Assembly: GCA_965205265.1 (NCBI GenBank)
Contig: CBDBGH010000003.1
Span: 2,240,001 to 2,304,000, forward strand
From: Alphaproteobacteria bacterium
Lineage (GTDB): Bacteria; Pseudomonadota; Alphaproteobacteria; Bin95
Direction of reading: 5' to 3'
DNA length: 64,000 nt
Under the pieces are notes generated by a model. That model worked only from the letters and a program-made list of their open reading frames with translations. It was not told where the DNA came from and made no database searches. Both the position numbers and the translations under genes were made by a program. This document shows, piece after piece, positions 8,863 through 18,318 of this stretch. Within the stretch, counting starts at the first letter, position 1; the number at the start of each line of letters is the position of its first letter.

Positions 8863-9708
8863 ATGCTCACCGCCCGTACCCTCCCGGACCTGCGCCGCCT
8901 CGTCAGCGCCTGGCGCCGGGCGGGTTCCAGCATCGGCGTCGTGCCCACTATGGGCGCGCTTCATGCGGGTCATCTGAGCCTCGTTGCAGCAAGCCGGGAG
9001 CGCGCCGACCGCTCCATCGTCACGCTCTTCGTCAACCCGAAGCAGTTCAACGACGCGGCCGACCTCGCCCGCTATCCCCGCACCGAGGAGAGCGACCGCG
9101 AGAAGCTCGCGCCGCTCGGCATCGACCTCCTGTTCGCACCGCCGCCCGAGGCCATGTATCCGGCCGGCTTCGCGACGAACATCTCCGTCTCCGGCATCAC
9201 CGACGGCCTTTGCGGGGTGGACCGGCCGGGCCATTTCGACGGCGTGGCGACGGTCGTATCCAAGCTCCTGATCCAGACGGGCGCGGATTTCGCCTTCTTC
9301 GGCGAGAAGGACTACCAGCAGCTCGCCGCGATCCGCCGCATGGTCCGGGACCTCGACCTTCCCGTCGAGATCGTCGGCTGCCCGACCGTGCGCGACCCGG
9401 ACGGCCTCGCGCTCTCCTCCCGCAACGCCCTCCTCAACGCAGAGGAGCGCGCCTGCGCCCCGGCGCTCCACCGCGCGCTCGTCACGACCGCCGGGCGCTT
9501 GCGGAACGGCGAGGACGCAGCCTGCCTCGCCGATGCCGAGGTCGAAATCGCCGCTGCCGGCTTCTCCTCCATCGATTATGTCGAGCTGCGCGACGCGGAA
9601 GACCTGGCGCCCATGCAGCGCCTCGACCGCCCCGCAAGGCTTCTCGCCGCCGCCCATATCGGCCGCGCCAGGCTGATCGACAACATTCTTGTCGAGCCCG
9701 CTGCCTGA
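8863..9708 (+). CDS. panC: Pantoate--beta-alanine ligase
   Basis: VPTMGALHAGH, FVNPKQF, RPGHFDGV, FGEKDYQQ, GLALSSRN, RLIDN. Confidence 0.96.
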   Translation: MLTARTLPDLRRLVSAWRRAGSSIGVVPTMGALHAGHLSLVAASRERADRSIVTLFVNPKQFNDAADLARYPRTEESDREKLAPLGIDLLFAPPPEAMYPAGFATNISVSGITDGLCGVDRPGHFDGVATVVSKLLIQTGADFAFFGEKDYQQLAAIRRMVRDLDLPVEIVGCPTVRDPDGLALSSRNALLNAEERACAPALHRALVTTAGRLRNGEDAACLADAEVEIAAAGFSSIDYVELRDAEDLAPMQRLDRPARLLAAAHIGRARLIDNILVEPAA

Positions 9709-9740
9709 GACTGTCAGAACCGCCGAAATCATCGGGGCGA

Positions 9741-9769
9741 TTGACAAGGTCGCTACAGGTTGCCACCAT
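9741..9769 (+). promoter_or_regulatory. Sigma70-type promoter of the TA operon, probably leaderless
   Basis: TTGACA-N17-CACCAT ending 7 bp before the ATG at 9777; no SD sequence. Confidence 0.55.
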
Positions 9770-9776
9770 CCGGCGC

Positions 9777-10076
9777 ATGAGATCGGTTGGCATCAAGGCG
9801 CTGAACAGTCGGCTGAGCGAATATGTGCGCTTGGCGGCTTCCGGCGAGACGGTGCTGGTGACGGACCGCGACCGGGTGGTTGCGGAACTCGGCCCGCCGA
9901 GGGAGACCCGCAGCCCGATCCTCGCCGACGCATTTCTGGCCGATGCGGTGCGCAAGGGCTGGCTGACGCCGCCTCTCACCGTCAATAGAGACGGGAAGCC
10001 GCCGCCGCGGCCGCCTCCCGTCGCCACGCTGGCTGAAATCCTCGACGAACTGGATGCCGACAGAAGCGACCGGTGA
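9777..10076 (+). CDS. Phd/YefM-family antitoxin
   Basis: MRSVGIKALNSRLSEYVRLAASGETVLVTDRDRVVAEL. Confidence 0.9.
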   Translation: MRSVGIKALNSRLSEYVRLAASGETVLVTDRDRVVAELGPPRETRSPILADAFLADAVRKGWLTPPLTVNRDGKPPPRPPPVATLAEILDELDADRSDR

Positions 10077-10474
10077 TCTACCTCGATACGTCCGTGATAC
10101 TGGCGCATCTCATGGCGGAGGATCGCAGCCCGCCGGAGTCGCTTTGGCGCGAGACGCTGACTTCCAGCAGATTGATGGAGGTCGAGACATGGAACCGGCT
10201 GCATGCGCGCGGGCTTGTCGACACACGCGGCGAACACGCCCGCGCATTGATCGCGCAGGTCGCAATGCTGGAACTCATCCAACCGGTAATATTGCGGGCG
10301 CTGGAGCCCTTCCCCGGTCCCCATTTCCCGCGCACGCTCGACGCGCTCCATCTGGCGTCATGCGCCTGGCTTCGCGACAACGGCCGGGCGGTCTTGCTCG
10401 CGAGCTACGACCGCCGGATGACCGCCACGGCCCGCGCGATGGATATCCCCGTTTTCGATCTGGATGCTTCGTGA
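10073..10474 (+). CDS. PIN-domain (VapC) toxin
   Basis: IYLDTS, RTLDALHLA, SYDRRM; GTGA overlap with the antitoxin. Confidence 0.9.
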   Translation: MIYLDTSVILAHLMAEDRSPPESLWRETLTSSRLMEVETWNRLHARGLVDTRGEHARALIAQVAMLELIQPVILRALEPFPGPHFPRTLDALHLASCAWLRDNGRAVLLASYDRRMTATARAMDIPVFDLDAS

Positions 10475-10575
10475 CCGCGCCGTCCGGCCGCTTCCCCTCC
10501 CCCGCCTTGTCAAGCTAGGCTGCGCTTCGTAGGAGACGGCCTGGGGGGCCGAAGTTCTGGAGGCGACAGGCAAGG

Positions 10576-11919
10576 ATGAAGATTACCGGTATTCGCACGG
10601 CGACGGCCGACGTGCCGCTGGAGGAGCCCGTCGCCACCGCGATTCATGACGTTCGTTCCATCGGCTATGTGCTGGTCTTCGTCGATACCGATGCGGAGGT
10701 GACGGGAGAGGGCCACCTGTTCTCGATTTCCGCAAAGCATCTGGAGCCGCTGGAGGCGATGGTGGCAGGCCTCGGCGGCTTGCTTGTCGGCGAGGACGCG
10801 CACCGGGTCGAGGGCCTCTGGCACAGGCTCTGGAGCGAGGTGAATTTCTTCGGCCACAAGGGCATCTCGCTGTTCGCGCTCTCGGCGCTCGACATGGCGC
10901 TCTGGGATGCGCGCGGCAAGGCGCTCGGCCAGCCGGTCCATCGCCTGCTCGGCTCCTGCCGCGAGGCCGTGCCGGCCTATCACAGCGGCGGGCTCTGGCT
11001 CTCCCGCTCGCAGGACGAGCTGGTCGCCGAGGCGAAAAAGTTCCTCAGCCAGGGCTTCCGCGCCATGAAGATGCGGCTCGGCAAGCCGCGCTGGCAGGAG
11101 GATGTCGAGCGCGCCGAGGCGATCCGCGACGCCATCGGCCCCGATATCCGGCTGATGGCGGATGCCAATCAGGGCCTCGACGTCACCCATGCGCTCCGGC
11201 TCGGCCGCGCGCTGGAGCCGGTCGGCCTCGACTGGTTCGAAGAGCCCGTGCCGGCCTACGATATCGCCGGTCACGCCACGCTTGCGGCCGCACTCGACAC
11301 GCCCATCGCCACCGGCGAGACCGAATACACCCGCTACGGCTTCCGCCCGCTGATCGAGGCGAAGGCGGCCGATGTGCTGATGCCGGACCTCGGACGCATC
11401 GGCGGCGTCACCGAGTTCATGCGCGTCGGGCATATGGCGCAGGCCTGGGACCTGCCGGTCTCGCCGCATCTCTATTCGGAGCCCTCGTTGCAGCTATGCG
11501 GCGCGCTCCAGAACTGCGCGCCGCTGGAATACATGCCCTGGTCCGCCCCGCTCTTCTCCGAGGCGATCGAATTCGAGGACGGCCGGGCCCGGATTCCCGA
11601 GAGGCCGGGCCTTGGCTTCTCCTTCGACCTCGACGCGCTGGAGCGCTACCGGGTCGGACCTGCCGCCGACAGCGCGGCAAAGCCGGCGCCGAAACGGCCC
11701 GCGCGCCGCGCGGCGGCGAAGAAGGACGAACCGCCCGCGCCGAAGACCGAGGCGAAGGCGGAGCCCAAGCCGCGCGCGGCGCCGAAGGTCGGGGCGAAGG
11801 CGAACGCGAAGGCCGCGCCCGAGCCGGCCCCGGAACCGCCGCCGAAACCGGTTCGCCGGCGGCGGCGCCAGCCGGGCAAGACGCCCTGGTACTTGCGCGG
11901 CGAAGCGGAAAGCGCATAA
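10576..11919 (+). CDS. Mandelate racemase/muconate lactonizing enzyme family protein with a low-complexity C-terminal tail
   Basis: ALDMALWDARGK, KMR, DANQG, WFEEP, GE, MPD; about 90-aa Ala/Lys/Pro/Arg tail. Confidence 0.9.
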   Translation: MKITGIRTATADVPLEEPVATAIHDVRSIGYVLVFVDTDAEVTGEGHLFSISAKHLEPLEAMVAGLGGLLVGEDAHRVEGLWHRLWSEVNFFGHKGISLFALSALDMALWDARGKALGQPVHRLLGSCREAVPAYHSGGLWLSRSQDELVAEAKKFLSQGFRAMKMRLGKPRWQEDVERAEAIRDAIGPDIRLMADANQGLDVTHALRLGRALEPVGLDWFEEPVPAYDIAGHATLAAALDTPIATGETEYTRYGFRPLIEAKAADVLMPDLGRIGGVTEFMRVGHMAQAWDLPVSPHLYSEPSLQLCGALQNCAPLEYMPWSAPLFSEAIEFEDGRARIPERPGLGFSFDLDALERYRVGPAADSAAKPAPKRPARRAAAKKDEPPAPKTEAKAEPKPRAAPKVGAKANAKAAPEPAPEPPPKPVRRRRRQPGKTPWYLRGEAESA

Positions 11920-11950
11920 CGGGCAGGCAGGAATTCAGGGAGCAACAGGC

Positions 11951-12778
11951 ATGCAGGTGAAACCGCTTTCCGGGTCTTGCGGGGCCGAGGTGCGCGGCAT
12001 CGATCTCGCGGCGCTCAACGACAAGGGCTTCGCAGCGGTCAACGAGGTCTTCCTTCACCACAAGGTGCTTTGCTTCCGTGACCAGGAGTTGGACGAGGAA
12101 GCGCTGATGGCGTTCGGCCTGCGCTTCGGCCCGCTGATCGTGCATCCCAACCTGCTGGCGGAGGGCAGGCATCCCGAGGTCATCGCGATCCGCAAGGAGC
12201 CGGAGGACAAGGCGGCGGTCGGCGAGAACTGGCACACCGACACGACCTGCCTGGAGCGGCCGCCGCTCGCTTCGGCGCTCTACGCCCTTGAGGTGCCGCC
12301 GGCGGGCGGCGACACGCTGTTCGCCGACCAGCAGGGCGCCTGGGAGCTCCTGTCGGACGGCATGAAGGAGACGCTGTCCGGCATGCGCGCCGTGCATAAC
12401 GACACCCGCGTTGCCGGGCCGGCGACGAACTTCAACGCGCTTCGCTCGACCAGGAACCGCGAGGACGACGCCTGGCGGCCCACGGAGAGCGTGCATCCGG
12501 TGGTGCGCACCCATCCCGAGACCGGGCGCAAGGGCCTGTTCGTCAACCGCGCCTACACCATCCGCTTCGAAGGCATGACGGAAGCCGAGAGCACGCCGCT
12601 GCTGGACTATCTCTACGCGGCGGGCGAGCGCGTGGAGCTGACCTGCCGCGTCTCCTGGGAGCCGGGCACCCTGACCCTCTGGGACAATCGCTGCCTCAAG
12701 CACGCCGCCATCAACGACTATCCCGGCCACCGCCGCGACATGCGCCGCATCCAGATAGAGGGCGACCGGCCGGTATAG
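11951..12778 (+). CDS. TauD/TfdA-family Fe(II)/2-oxoglutarate dioxygenase
   Basis: WHTD, GGDTLF, HPVVRTHPETGRK, WDNR..KH, R.MRR. Confidence 0.92.
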   Translation: MQVKPLSGSCGAEVRGIDLAALNDKGFAAVNEVFLHHKVLCFRDQELDEEALMAFGLRFGPLIVHPNLLAEGRHPEVIAIRKEPEDKAAVGENWHTDTTCLERPPLASALYALEVPPAGGDTLFADQQGAWELLSDGMKETLSGMRAVHNDTRVAGPATNFNALRSTRNREDDAWRPTESVHPVVRTHPETGRKGLFVNRAYTIRFEGMTEAESTPLLDYLYAAGERVELTCRVSWEPGTLTLWDNRCLKHAAINDYPGHRRDMRRIQIEGDRPV

Positions 12779-12816
12779 AGAGCGTATTCTTGGCGACGGA
12801 AGCAGGCGAAGACGCC

Positions 12817-12970
12817 ATGCATACCGTCATCGCCGACAAGAAGGAGGAAGTGGCCGCGCTCTGCCGGCGTCACGGCGTTGCGCGGCCGGGGGAGTTCGGT
12901 TCGGCGGCGCGCGGCGCGGATTTCGACCCCGAGACGAGCGACGCCGATTTCCTCGTGGAATTCAGCCCTG
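12817..12970 (+). pseudogene. Minimal nucleotidyltransferase (MNT antitoxin) remnant
   Basis: FGSAARGADFDPETSDADFLVEF, after which similarity is lost; no HEPN partner follows. Confidence 0.7.
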
Positions 12971-13276
12971 CCGCCGGCCCCGGACGCTGTGGGGTGAGCC
13001 CCATGGTCCGGACAGTTTCAAGCAGCGTTTTTGACAGGAATGGGCTCTCCGGGCGAAAGGTTGCCCCTCTTGCGTGACGCCCCCCGGATCGGGTCCCCCG
13101 CTTTCGCGAGGGCATGCCGGGGCGGCACAAAGGGAAGGCCGCGGCTGCATCCCGGGCAGTTACGACATTCCATGACATGCAGGGGGCCGCCGGAACATGT
13201 GTAAATCCAACCGCCCGCTGGCCGGGGTTCGCCCCGTCCGGGGCCATGCGGCGGGTGCACGTCGCATTTGTGAGAT

Positions 13277-14620
13277 TCATGGTATTGCGCCGGCTCGTCG
13301 TTCCCAGAAGTCGTCGAAGCGATTGCTCTCGACGGCGCAGCGCAGGGCGATGATGGCGTTGGCGCCGTTGACGGTCCAGCGCATGCCTCCCTGCTTGAGG
13401 CGGGCGCCGACGATGTTCTTGCAGCCGCCCTCGACCACGCCGCTGGCCACGCACAAGCCCATCGCGCGGAACTTCGGGTAGTTCATGCGCTCGCGGTTGT
13501 TGGTGAAATACTCGGCGTTCTTGCGGGCGTTCTCGCAAGTTTCGGCATGGCCCTTGAGGGCGGCGATCACCTCGTCGACGCGGCCCTCGTCGAGTTCCTC
13601 GCGCCGCTTCCCGGCCCATCGCTCACCGATCTCGCTGCCGGTCCCGTAGATCGCCTTGGCTGCGTCGAACAGGTGGCCCTTGGCATGGAAGATGTCGACG
13701 ATCTGGATGGCGTCGGGGAAGTGCTCATCGGCGAAGTTCCAGATCCACGGCGCGCCGTCGCCGAGGATGACCCGGCGCTCGGCCGTGTCGAAGCCGCGGC
13801 GTTCGGCCTCGCGGATGACACGCCGGGCGAAGGGCGCGGGCTCGGGGTCGAACTCGCGGGTGGCGATGGATTCGATGGCGGCGTTGTAGGTGGCGGAGCC
13901 GGGGTCGCGCACCGGACGCCCCTCCCTGTCGACGGTCTCCGCCGACCACACGACGGCGAGCTTGGCCTCGCGGGTGCTGGCGGAGCCGTCGGGCTGCTTG
14001 CCCGCGCGGCCCTCGACCTCGGTCTTGCGCGCCGGCACGCCGGTGCCGTCGAGGCCGAGATAGAGGGTGGGGGCGTCGGACGGCTCGGGTTCGATCACGC
14101 GGCATTCGTCGCCTGCGATCTCTCGCCCGAGCGCCTCGGCATGGCGTTCGACCGTCTTCGGCGCGACAGCCAGGCCTGCCAGTTCGCGCAACAGGGCGCT
14201 GGAGCCCTCGAAGCTGGTACGGGCAGCAGCAACGCCGATCATGCGCAGCGCCGCCGGTGAGAGGAAAGTATCTTGCATGCCGAGGGTTCGATCACGCGGG
14301 CTGAAGCCGCGGTGGCAACGGTCGCAGTGATACCAGGCGCGCTCCAGCGTCAGAGGGCCGAGAGCGGTGGTGAAGGTCTTGGGCCGGCGGCCGGCGAAGC
14401 GCGCCTCGCCGCCGCACGCACACGACAGCCACGGTCCCCGGTTGTCGGAACGGTCGGCATTGAGCCTGTGGGCGACGGCCTGCCCCATGATCTGCAACGC
14501 AACCCGCCGCGCTTCGATCTCGATCGCCTGGAAGTCATCGACGACGCCCGCGCCGATCAGCCACTCGACCTCGGCCTCGACCTCCTCCGCGATCGCTGCG
14601 TCGAGACCCCCCTTTTTCCC
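13277..14620 (-). CDS. ISKra4-family transposase, probably fused to the upstream ORF by -1 frameshift
   Basis: CACG/YHCDRC zinc motif, LGLDGTGVP, LGDGAPWIW, DIFHA, SGVVEGGCK; no convincing start of its own. Confidence 0.85.
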   Translation of the reverse strand, partial: GKKGGLDAAIAEEVEAEVEWLIGAGVVDDFQAIEIEARRVALQIMGQAVAHRLNADRSDNRGPWLSCACGGEARFAGRRPKTFTTALGPLTLERAWYHCDRCHRGFSPRDRTLGMQDTFLSPAALRMIGVAAARTSFEGSSALLRELAGLAVAPKTVERHAEALGREIAGDECRVIEPEPSDAPTLYLGLDGTGVPARKTEVEGRAGKQPDGSASTREAKLAVVWSAETVDREGRPVRDPGSATYNAAIESIATREFDPEPAPFARRVIREAERRGFDTAERRVILGDGAPWIWNFADEHFPDAIQIVDIFHAKGHLFDAAKAIYGTGSEIGERWAGKRREELDEGRVDEVIAALKGHAETCENARKNAEYFTNNRERMNYPKFRAMGLCVASGVVEGGCKNIVGARLKQGGMRWTVNGANAIIALRCAVESNRFDDFWERRAGAIP

Positions 14621-14976
14621 GGCGCGGCCGGCTTGTCCGCGTCCAGCCTGGCATCGCATATCCGGCCGCTGACCTCGACAAGCGCGCGCACCAGACCGCG
14701 AAGCCGCTGGTATTCCGCGATCTGCGCCCGCGTTCCCTCAATGGCGTCGGCGGGAACGGTGCGGCCGCGGGACTTCCCTGTCTCCCTGTCCGGCCAAGTC
14801 AACAACCAGTAGGGGCCATGCCCCTGCGCCCCCTCGACCGCGCAATGGCAGTTCGGTTTGCCGCACTTGCGGTACTGTGCCCTGAGCGAACCCTGACGGA
14901 GGTCGCCGATGCCCGCAATCTCCCGCAGCAGCTCGCCACGCTGTTCGACGAGGCCGTCGTGATCGGTCCTGGCCAT
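14557..14976 (-). CDS. ISKra4 orfA (DUF6788-like zinc-binding protein)
   Basis: GSL...YRKCGKPNCHC...GHGPYW; GGAGG RBS; slippery GGGAAAAAGGGGGG at 14607-14620. Confidence 0.8.
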   Translation of the reverse strand: MARTDHDGLVEQRGELLREIAGIGDLRQGSLRAQYRKCGKPNCHCAVEGAQGHGPYWLLTWPDRETGKSRGRTVPADAIEGTRAQIAEYQRLRGLVRALVEVSGRICDARLDADKPAAPGKRGVSTQRSRRRSRPRSSG

Positions 14977-15181
14977 GTCCGCCTCCATCTGTCCCCAAAT
15001 ATAAGAAACAGATATCGTGGCGAAACCATGGCATTTCTCAACCTCGCAAAATCAGGACGTGCACCCCCATGCGGCGACCGGCTTGCAGTTGCGCACCCGG
15101 ACTTGCTATGGTGGAAGGTCAGCGGGCAGGCCAACGGGGCGCAGCCCGCTTGAGGGGAAACACGACCAAGGGAGTGCAAAC

Positions 15182-16216
15182 ATGAAGATCGTGCGTCTGG
15201 CATGCGGCGTCGCCGCAGCGGCCATGGTGGGAGGCGTCGCCATGTCCGCTTCCGCCGCAGATGAGGTGCTCTGGAACTTCTCCGCCTGGGGCAAGCCGCG
15301 CGCCTTTACCAAGGGCATCGATGCGATGAGCGAGTACCTTGCCGAGAAATCGGGCGGCAATTTCAAGCTCAAGATTCACTATGGCGAGGCGATCTCGCCC
15401 TCGAAAGAGAACATCGACGGCATCAAGATCGGCAGCCACGAAGCTGCGATGATGTGCACCTCCTACCATCCCGGCAAGAACCCGGCCGGCACGGTGCTGG
15501 ACCTGCCGTTCCTGCCCATCTCCGACCTGACGGTTCAGGCGAAGGTGCATGAGGACTTCATCCAGCATCCGGAGTTCAAGAAGGAGATGAAGCGCTGGAA
15601 CGCCATTCCGGTCTTCTCCGGCATCCTGCCGCAATACGAGGCGATGGGCGTCGGCGAGCCGGCCAGGAGCGCGGCGGACTTCAAGGGCCTGCGGGTCCGC
15701 GGCCTCGGCGGCATCGGCCAGTTCTTCGACAAGCTGGGCGCGGTGCCGACCACGGTGACGGCGTCGGAAAGCTACACGGCGCTCGAGCGCGGCACCATCC
15801 AGGTCATGACCTTCCCCTACAGCTACGCCTTCGGCGCCTACAGGCATCACGAAGTCGCCAAGTGGTACACGGAAGGCATGGCGCTGGGTTCGGTCTTCTG
15901 CCCGCAGATCATGAGCGTCACCGCCTACAACGCCCTTCCGGACGAATACCGGGCGCTGTTCAACGACGAGATGAAGTGGAACTCGTACAACACGCTGATC
16001 GACGCCTACAAGGAAGCCGACAAGAAGTGGATTCCGATCTACGAAAAGGCCATGGAGCGGGTGGAATTCACCAAGGAACAACGCGACGAGTTCGTGAAGA
16101 TCGGAGCGGAGCCGGTCTGGAACGAGTGGGTGGAAAACAACAAGGACAAGCTTCCTGCCCAGGAGCTCCTGGACTTCGTTCTCGAGCGCGCGGCGCACCA
16201 CAACAAGGAAGCGTAG
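15182..16216 (+). CDS. dctP: TRAP transporter substrate-binding protein
   Basis: Signal peptide, SGGNFKLKIH, LDLPFL, DFKGLRVR, YTALERG. Confidence 0.9.
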   Translation: MKIVRLACGVAAAAMVGGVAMSASAADEVLWNFSAWGKPRAFTKGIDAMSEYLAEKSGGNFKLKIHYGEAISPSKENIDGIKIGSHEAAMMCTSYHPGKNPAGTVLDLPFLPISDLTVQAKVHEDFIQHPEFKKEMKRWNAIPVFSGILPQYEAMGVGEPARSAADFKGLRVRGLGGIGQFFDKLGAVPTTVTASESYTALERGTIQVMTFPYSYAFGAYRHHEVAKWYTEGMALGSVFCPQIMSVTAYNALPDEYRALFNDEMKWNSYNTLIDAYKEADKKWIPIYEKAMERVEFTKEQRDEFVKIGAEPVWNEWVENNKDKLPAQELLDFVLERAAHHNKEA

Positions 16217-16240
16217 AGGCCTGAGTCCTCGTAAGTATGG

Positions 16241-16280
16241 GTGGGGCCGTTCCGTCGCGAACGGCCCCATTCTGTTGTTT
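16241..16280 (+). terminator. Hairpin after dctP (terminator or mRNA stabiliser)
   Basis: Stem GTGGGGCCGTTC/GAACGGCCCCAT followed by TCTGTTGTTT. Confidence 0.7.
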
Positions 16281-16305
16281 GCCGTAAGGGGAGGAAGCGG
16301 ATTCT

Positions 16306-16962
16306 ATGGCTCAGGCTGAGACGCAAAACGGGCGCCGGAACAGCGCCTTGTCGGGTATAGATCGCTTTTTCGGCCGCATAGAGGATGCCGTCACGCTTTT
16401 CGCGTCGGGGGCCATCTTCATATTGATGCTGTTCGTGGTCTGCGAAGTCATAGGCAGATATGTCTTTAACAGGCCGATCCCCGGAGCGATCGACTGGATC
16501 GAGGTCTATATGGCGATCTTCGCCTTCCTCCCCGCGGCCTACGCGCAGCGGCTGGGCGTGCATGTCCGCATGGAACTCGTCGTCGCCAAGATGCGCGGCA
16601 GACTGTTGTGGGGCGTTGAATGTTTCGCCGTCTGCATCGGTGTCGTTTATTGCCTCATCATCATCGACAAGAGTTGGGAGCATTTTCTGAGGTCCATTAT
16701 CGATGGAGACAGCACAATCGACGTGCAACTCCAGACCTGGCCCGGAAAATTGGTCGTTCCCGTCGCGCTCACACTGCTTTGCATACGGCTCATCATCCAG
16801 GTCTGGGGTTACGGCCGGCTGGCGCTCGATCCCGGCAAGGCTCCGCAGGCGGTGCCGATCATCATGGACGCCGCGGAGCATGCGAGGGCCGAGATCGAAG
16901 AGGTCATGGGACGAGAGAGCCAAGACCCGACGGACCCGCCCGACGGCGGCTCCAGGGCTTAA
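16306..16962 (+). CDS. dctQ: TRAP small permease
   Basis: Four TM segments, GRYVFNRPI, HVRMEL. Confidence 0.88.
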   Translation: MAQAETQNGRRNSALSGIDRFFGRIEDAVTLFASGAIFILMLFVVCEVIGRYVFNRPIPGAIDWIEVYMAIFAFLPAAYAQRLGVHVRMELVVAKMRGRLLWGVECFAVCIGVVYCLIIIDKSWEHFLRSIIDGDSTIDVQLQTWPGKLVVPVALTLLCIRLIIQVWGYGRLALDPGKAPQAVPIIMDAAEHARAEIEEVMGRESQDPTDPPDGGSRA

Positions 16963-16977
16963 AGGGGGGCGGTTATT

Positions 16978-18294
16978 ATGGATCCGTTCAATGCAGGTCT
17001 CGTATCGGTCGCGGTCATCATCGGGATGGTCGTGCTCGGCGTTCGCGTCGCCTACGCCTCCGGAATTGCCGGCGTTGTCGGGCTGATCATGCTGCGGGGT
17101 TACGACCCCGGCGCCGGCCTCGCGGGCCTGCTCGCCCATTCGCAGGTCAGCCATGTCACCCTCTCGGTGCTGCCGATGTTCATCCTCATCGGCTTCCTGG
17201 CCTTCTATGCCGGGCTGACCCGAAGCGCGTTCTACGCGGCGCGTTGCTGGCTCGGCACCCTGCCGGGCGGCCTCGCCGTCGCAACCGTTTTCGCGACCGC
17301 CGGCTTCGCTGCGGTGTCCGGCGCTTCGACGGCGACGGCCGCCGTGTTCAGCCGCGTCGCCATCCCCGAGATGCTGAAATACGGCTACGAGCGCAGCCTG
17401 GCTGCCGGCGTGGTCGCGGCGGGCGGCACGCTTGCATCGCTCATCCCGCCGAGCGCCATTCTGGTGATCTACGCCATCATCGTCGAGGAATCGGTCGGCG
17501 CCCTGCTGCTGGCGGGCTTCATACCGGGCGCGCTTTCGGCGGTCATCTATGCGGTGCTGATCGTCTTCCGCTGCAAGCTGAATCCCAAGCTGGGCGCGCC
17601 GGTCTCGGCGGTTCCGCTGGCCGAGAAGTTCCGCTCCCTGGCCGGCGCCTCGGGTATCTTCTTCGTGATCTTCATCATCCTGGGCGGCATCTACACGGGC
17701 GTGATGACCCCGACCGAGGTCGGCGGCGTCGCCGCATTCGTGATCTTCCTGATCGCGCTTGCGAAACGCAATATGAACCTCGCGAACCTGCGCGAATCGC
17801 TCATGGAGACCGCGAAGCTCACGGTCTTCATCTTCACGATCATCTGGTCGATCCTGATCTATGTGCGCTTCCTCGGCTTCTCGGGCCTGCCGGAGGCGTT
17901 CGCCAATTTCGTCGTCGGCCTCGACGTGCCGCCGCTCGTGGTGATGATCCTGATCCTGCTCGCCTATGTCGTGCTCGGCATGTTCATGGACGGCATCGGG
18001 ATGCTGCTCTTGACCCTGCCGGTCGTCTATCCGGCGGTCACGGCGCTCGGCTACGACCCGGTCTGGTTCGGCATCATCATCGTGAAGATGGTGGAGGTGT
18101 GCCTGGTCACGCCGCCCATCGGCCTCAACTGTTTCGTGGTCAACGGCGTGCGCCCGGACATTCCGCTGGAGGAAGTCTTCAAGGGAATCTGGCCGTTCTT
18201 CGTGGCCGACATCATCACGGTCGCCGTGCTCGTCGCCTTCCCCGGCATCGTGCTCTGGCTGCCGCGATTGATGATCCAGAACATCACCGCATAG
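16978..18294 (+). CDS. dctM: TRAP large permease
   Basis: LPGGLA, AVSGAS, LIPPS, TPTE, VTPPIGLN. Confidence 0.93.
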   Translation: MDPFNAGLVSVAVIIGMVVLGVRVAYASGIAGVVGLIMLRGYDPGAGLAGLLAHSQVSHVTLSVLPMFILIGFLAFYAGLTRSAFYAARCWLGTLPGGLAVATVFATAGFAAVSGASTATAAVFSRVAIPEMLKYGYERSLAAGVVAAGGTLASLIPPSAILVIYAIIVEESVGALLLAGFIPGALSAVIYAVLIVFRCKLNPKLGAPVSAVPLAEKFRSLAGASGIFFVIFIILGGIYTGVMTPTEVGGVAAFVIFLIALAKRNMNLANLRESLMETAKLTVFIFTIIWSILIYVRFLGFSGLPEAFANFVVGLDVPPLVVMILILLAYVVLGMFMDGIGMLLLTLPVVYPAVTALGYDPVWFGIIIVKMVEVCLVTPPIGLNCFVVNGVRPDIPLEEVFKGIWPFFVADIITVAVLVAFPGIVLWLPRLMIQNITA

Positions 18295-18318
18295 AGCGGG
18301 GCCGGCGCGGTTTTCCGT

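Larger units (their letters stand above)
13253..15066 (-). mobile_element. ISKra4-family element (1814 bp)
   Basis: IRs starting GGGTGCACGTC; 9-bp direct repeat CCATGCGGC at 13244-13252 and 15067-15075. Confidence 0.9.

Noticed and set aside
15072-15088. Possible sigma54 promoter (GG-N10-GC) upstream of dctP
   Set aside because: Poor match to TGGCAC; a sigma70-like TTGCAG-N18-TATGGT fits equally well, so neither is called.
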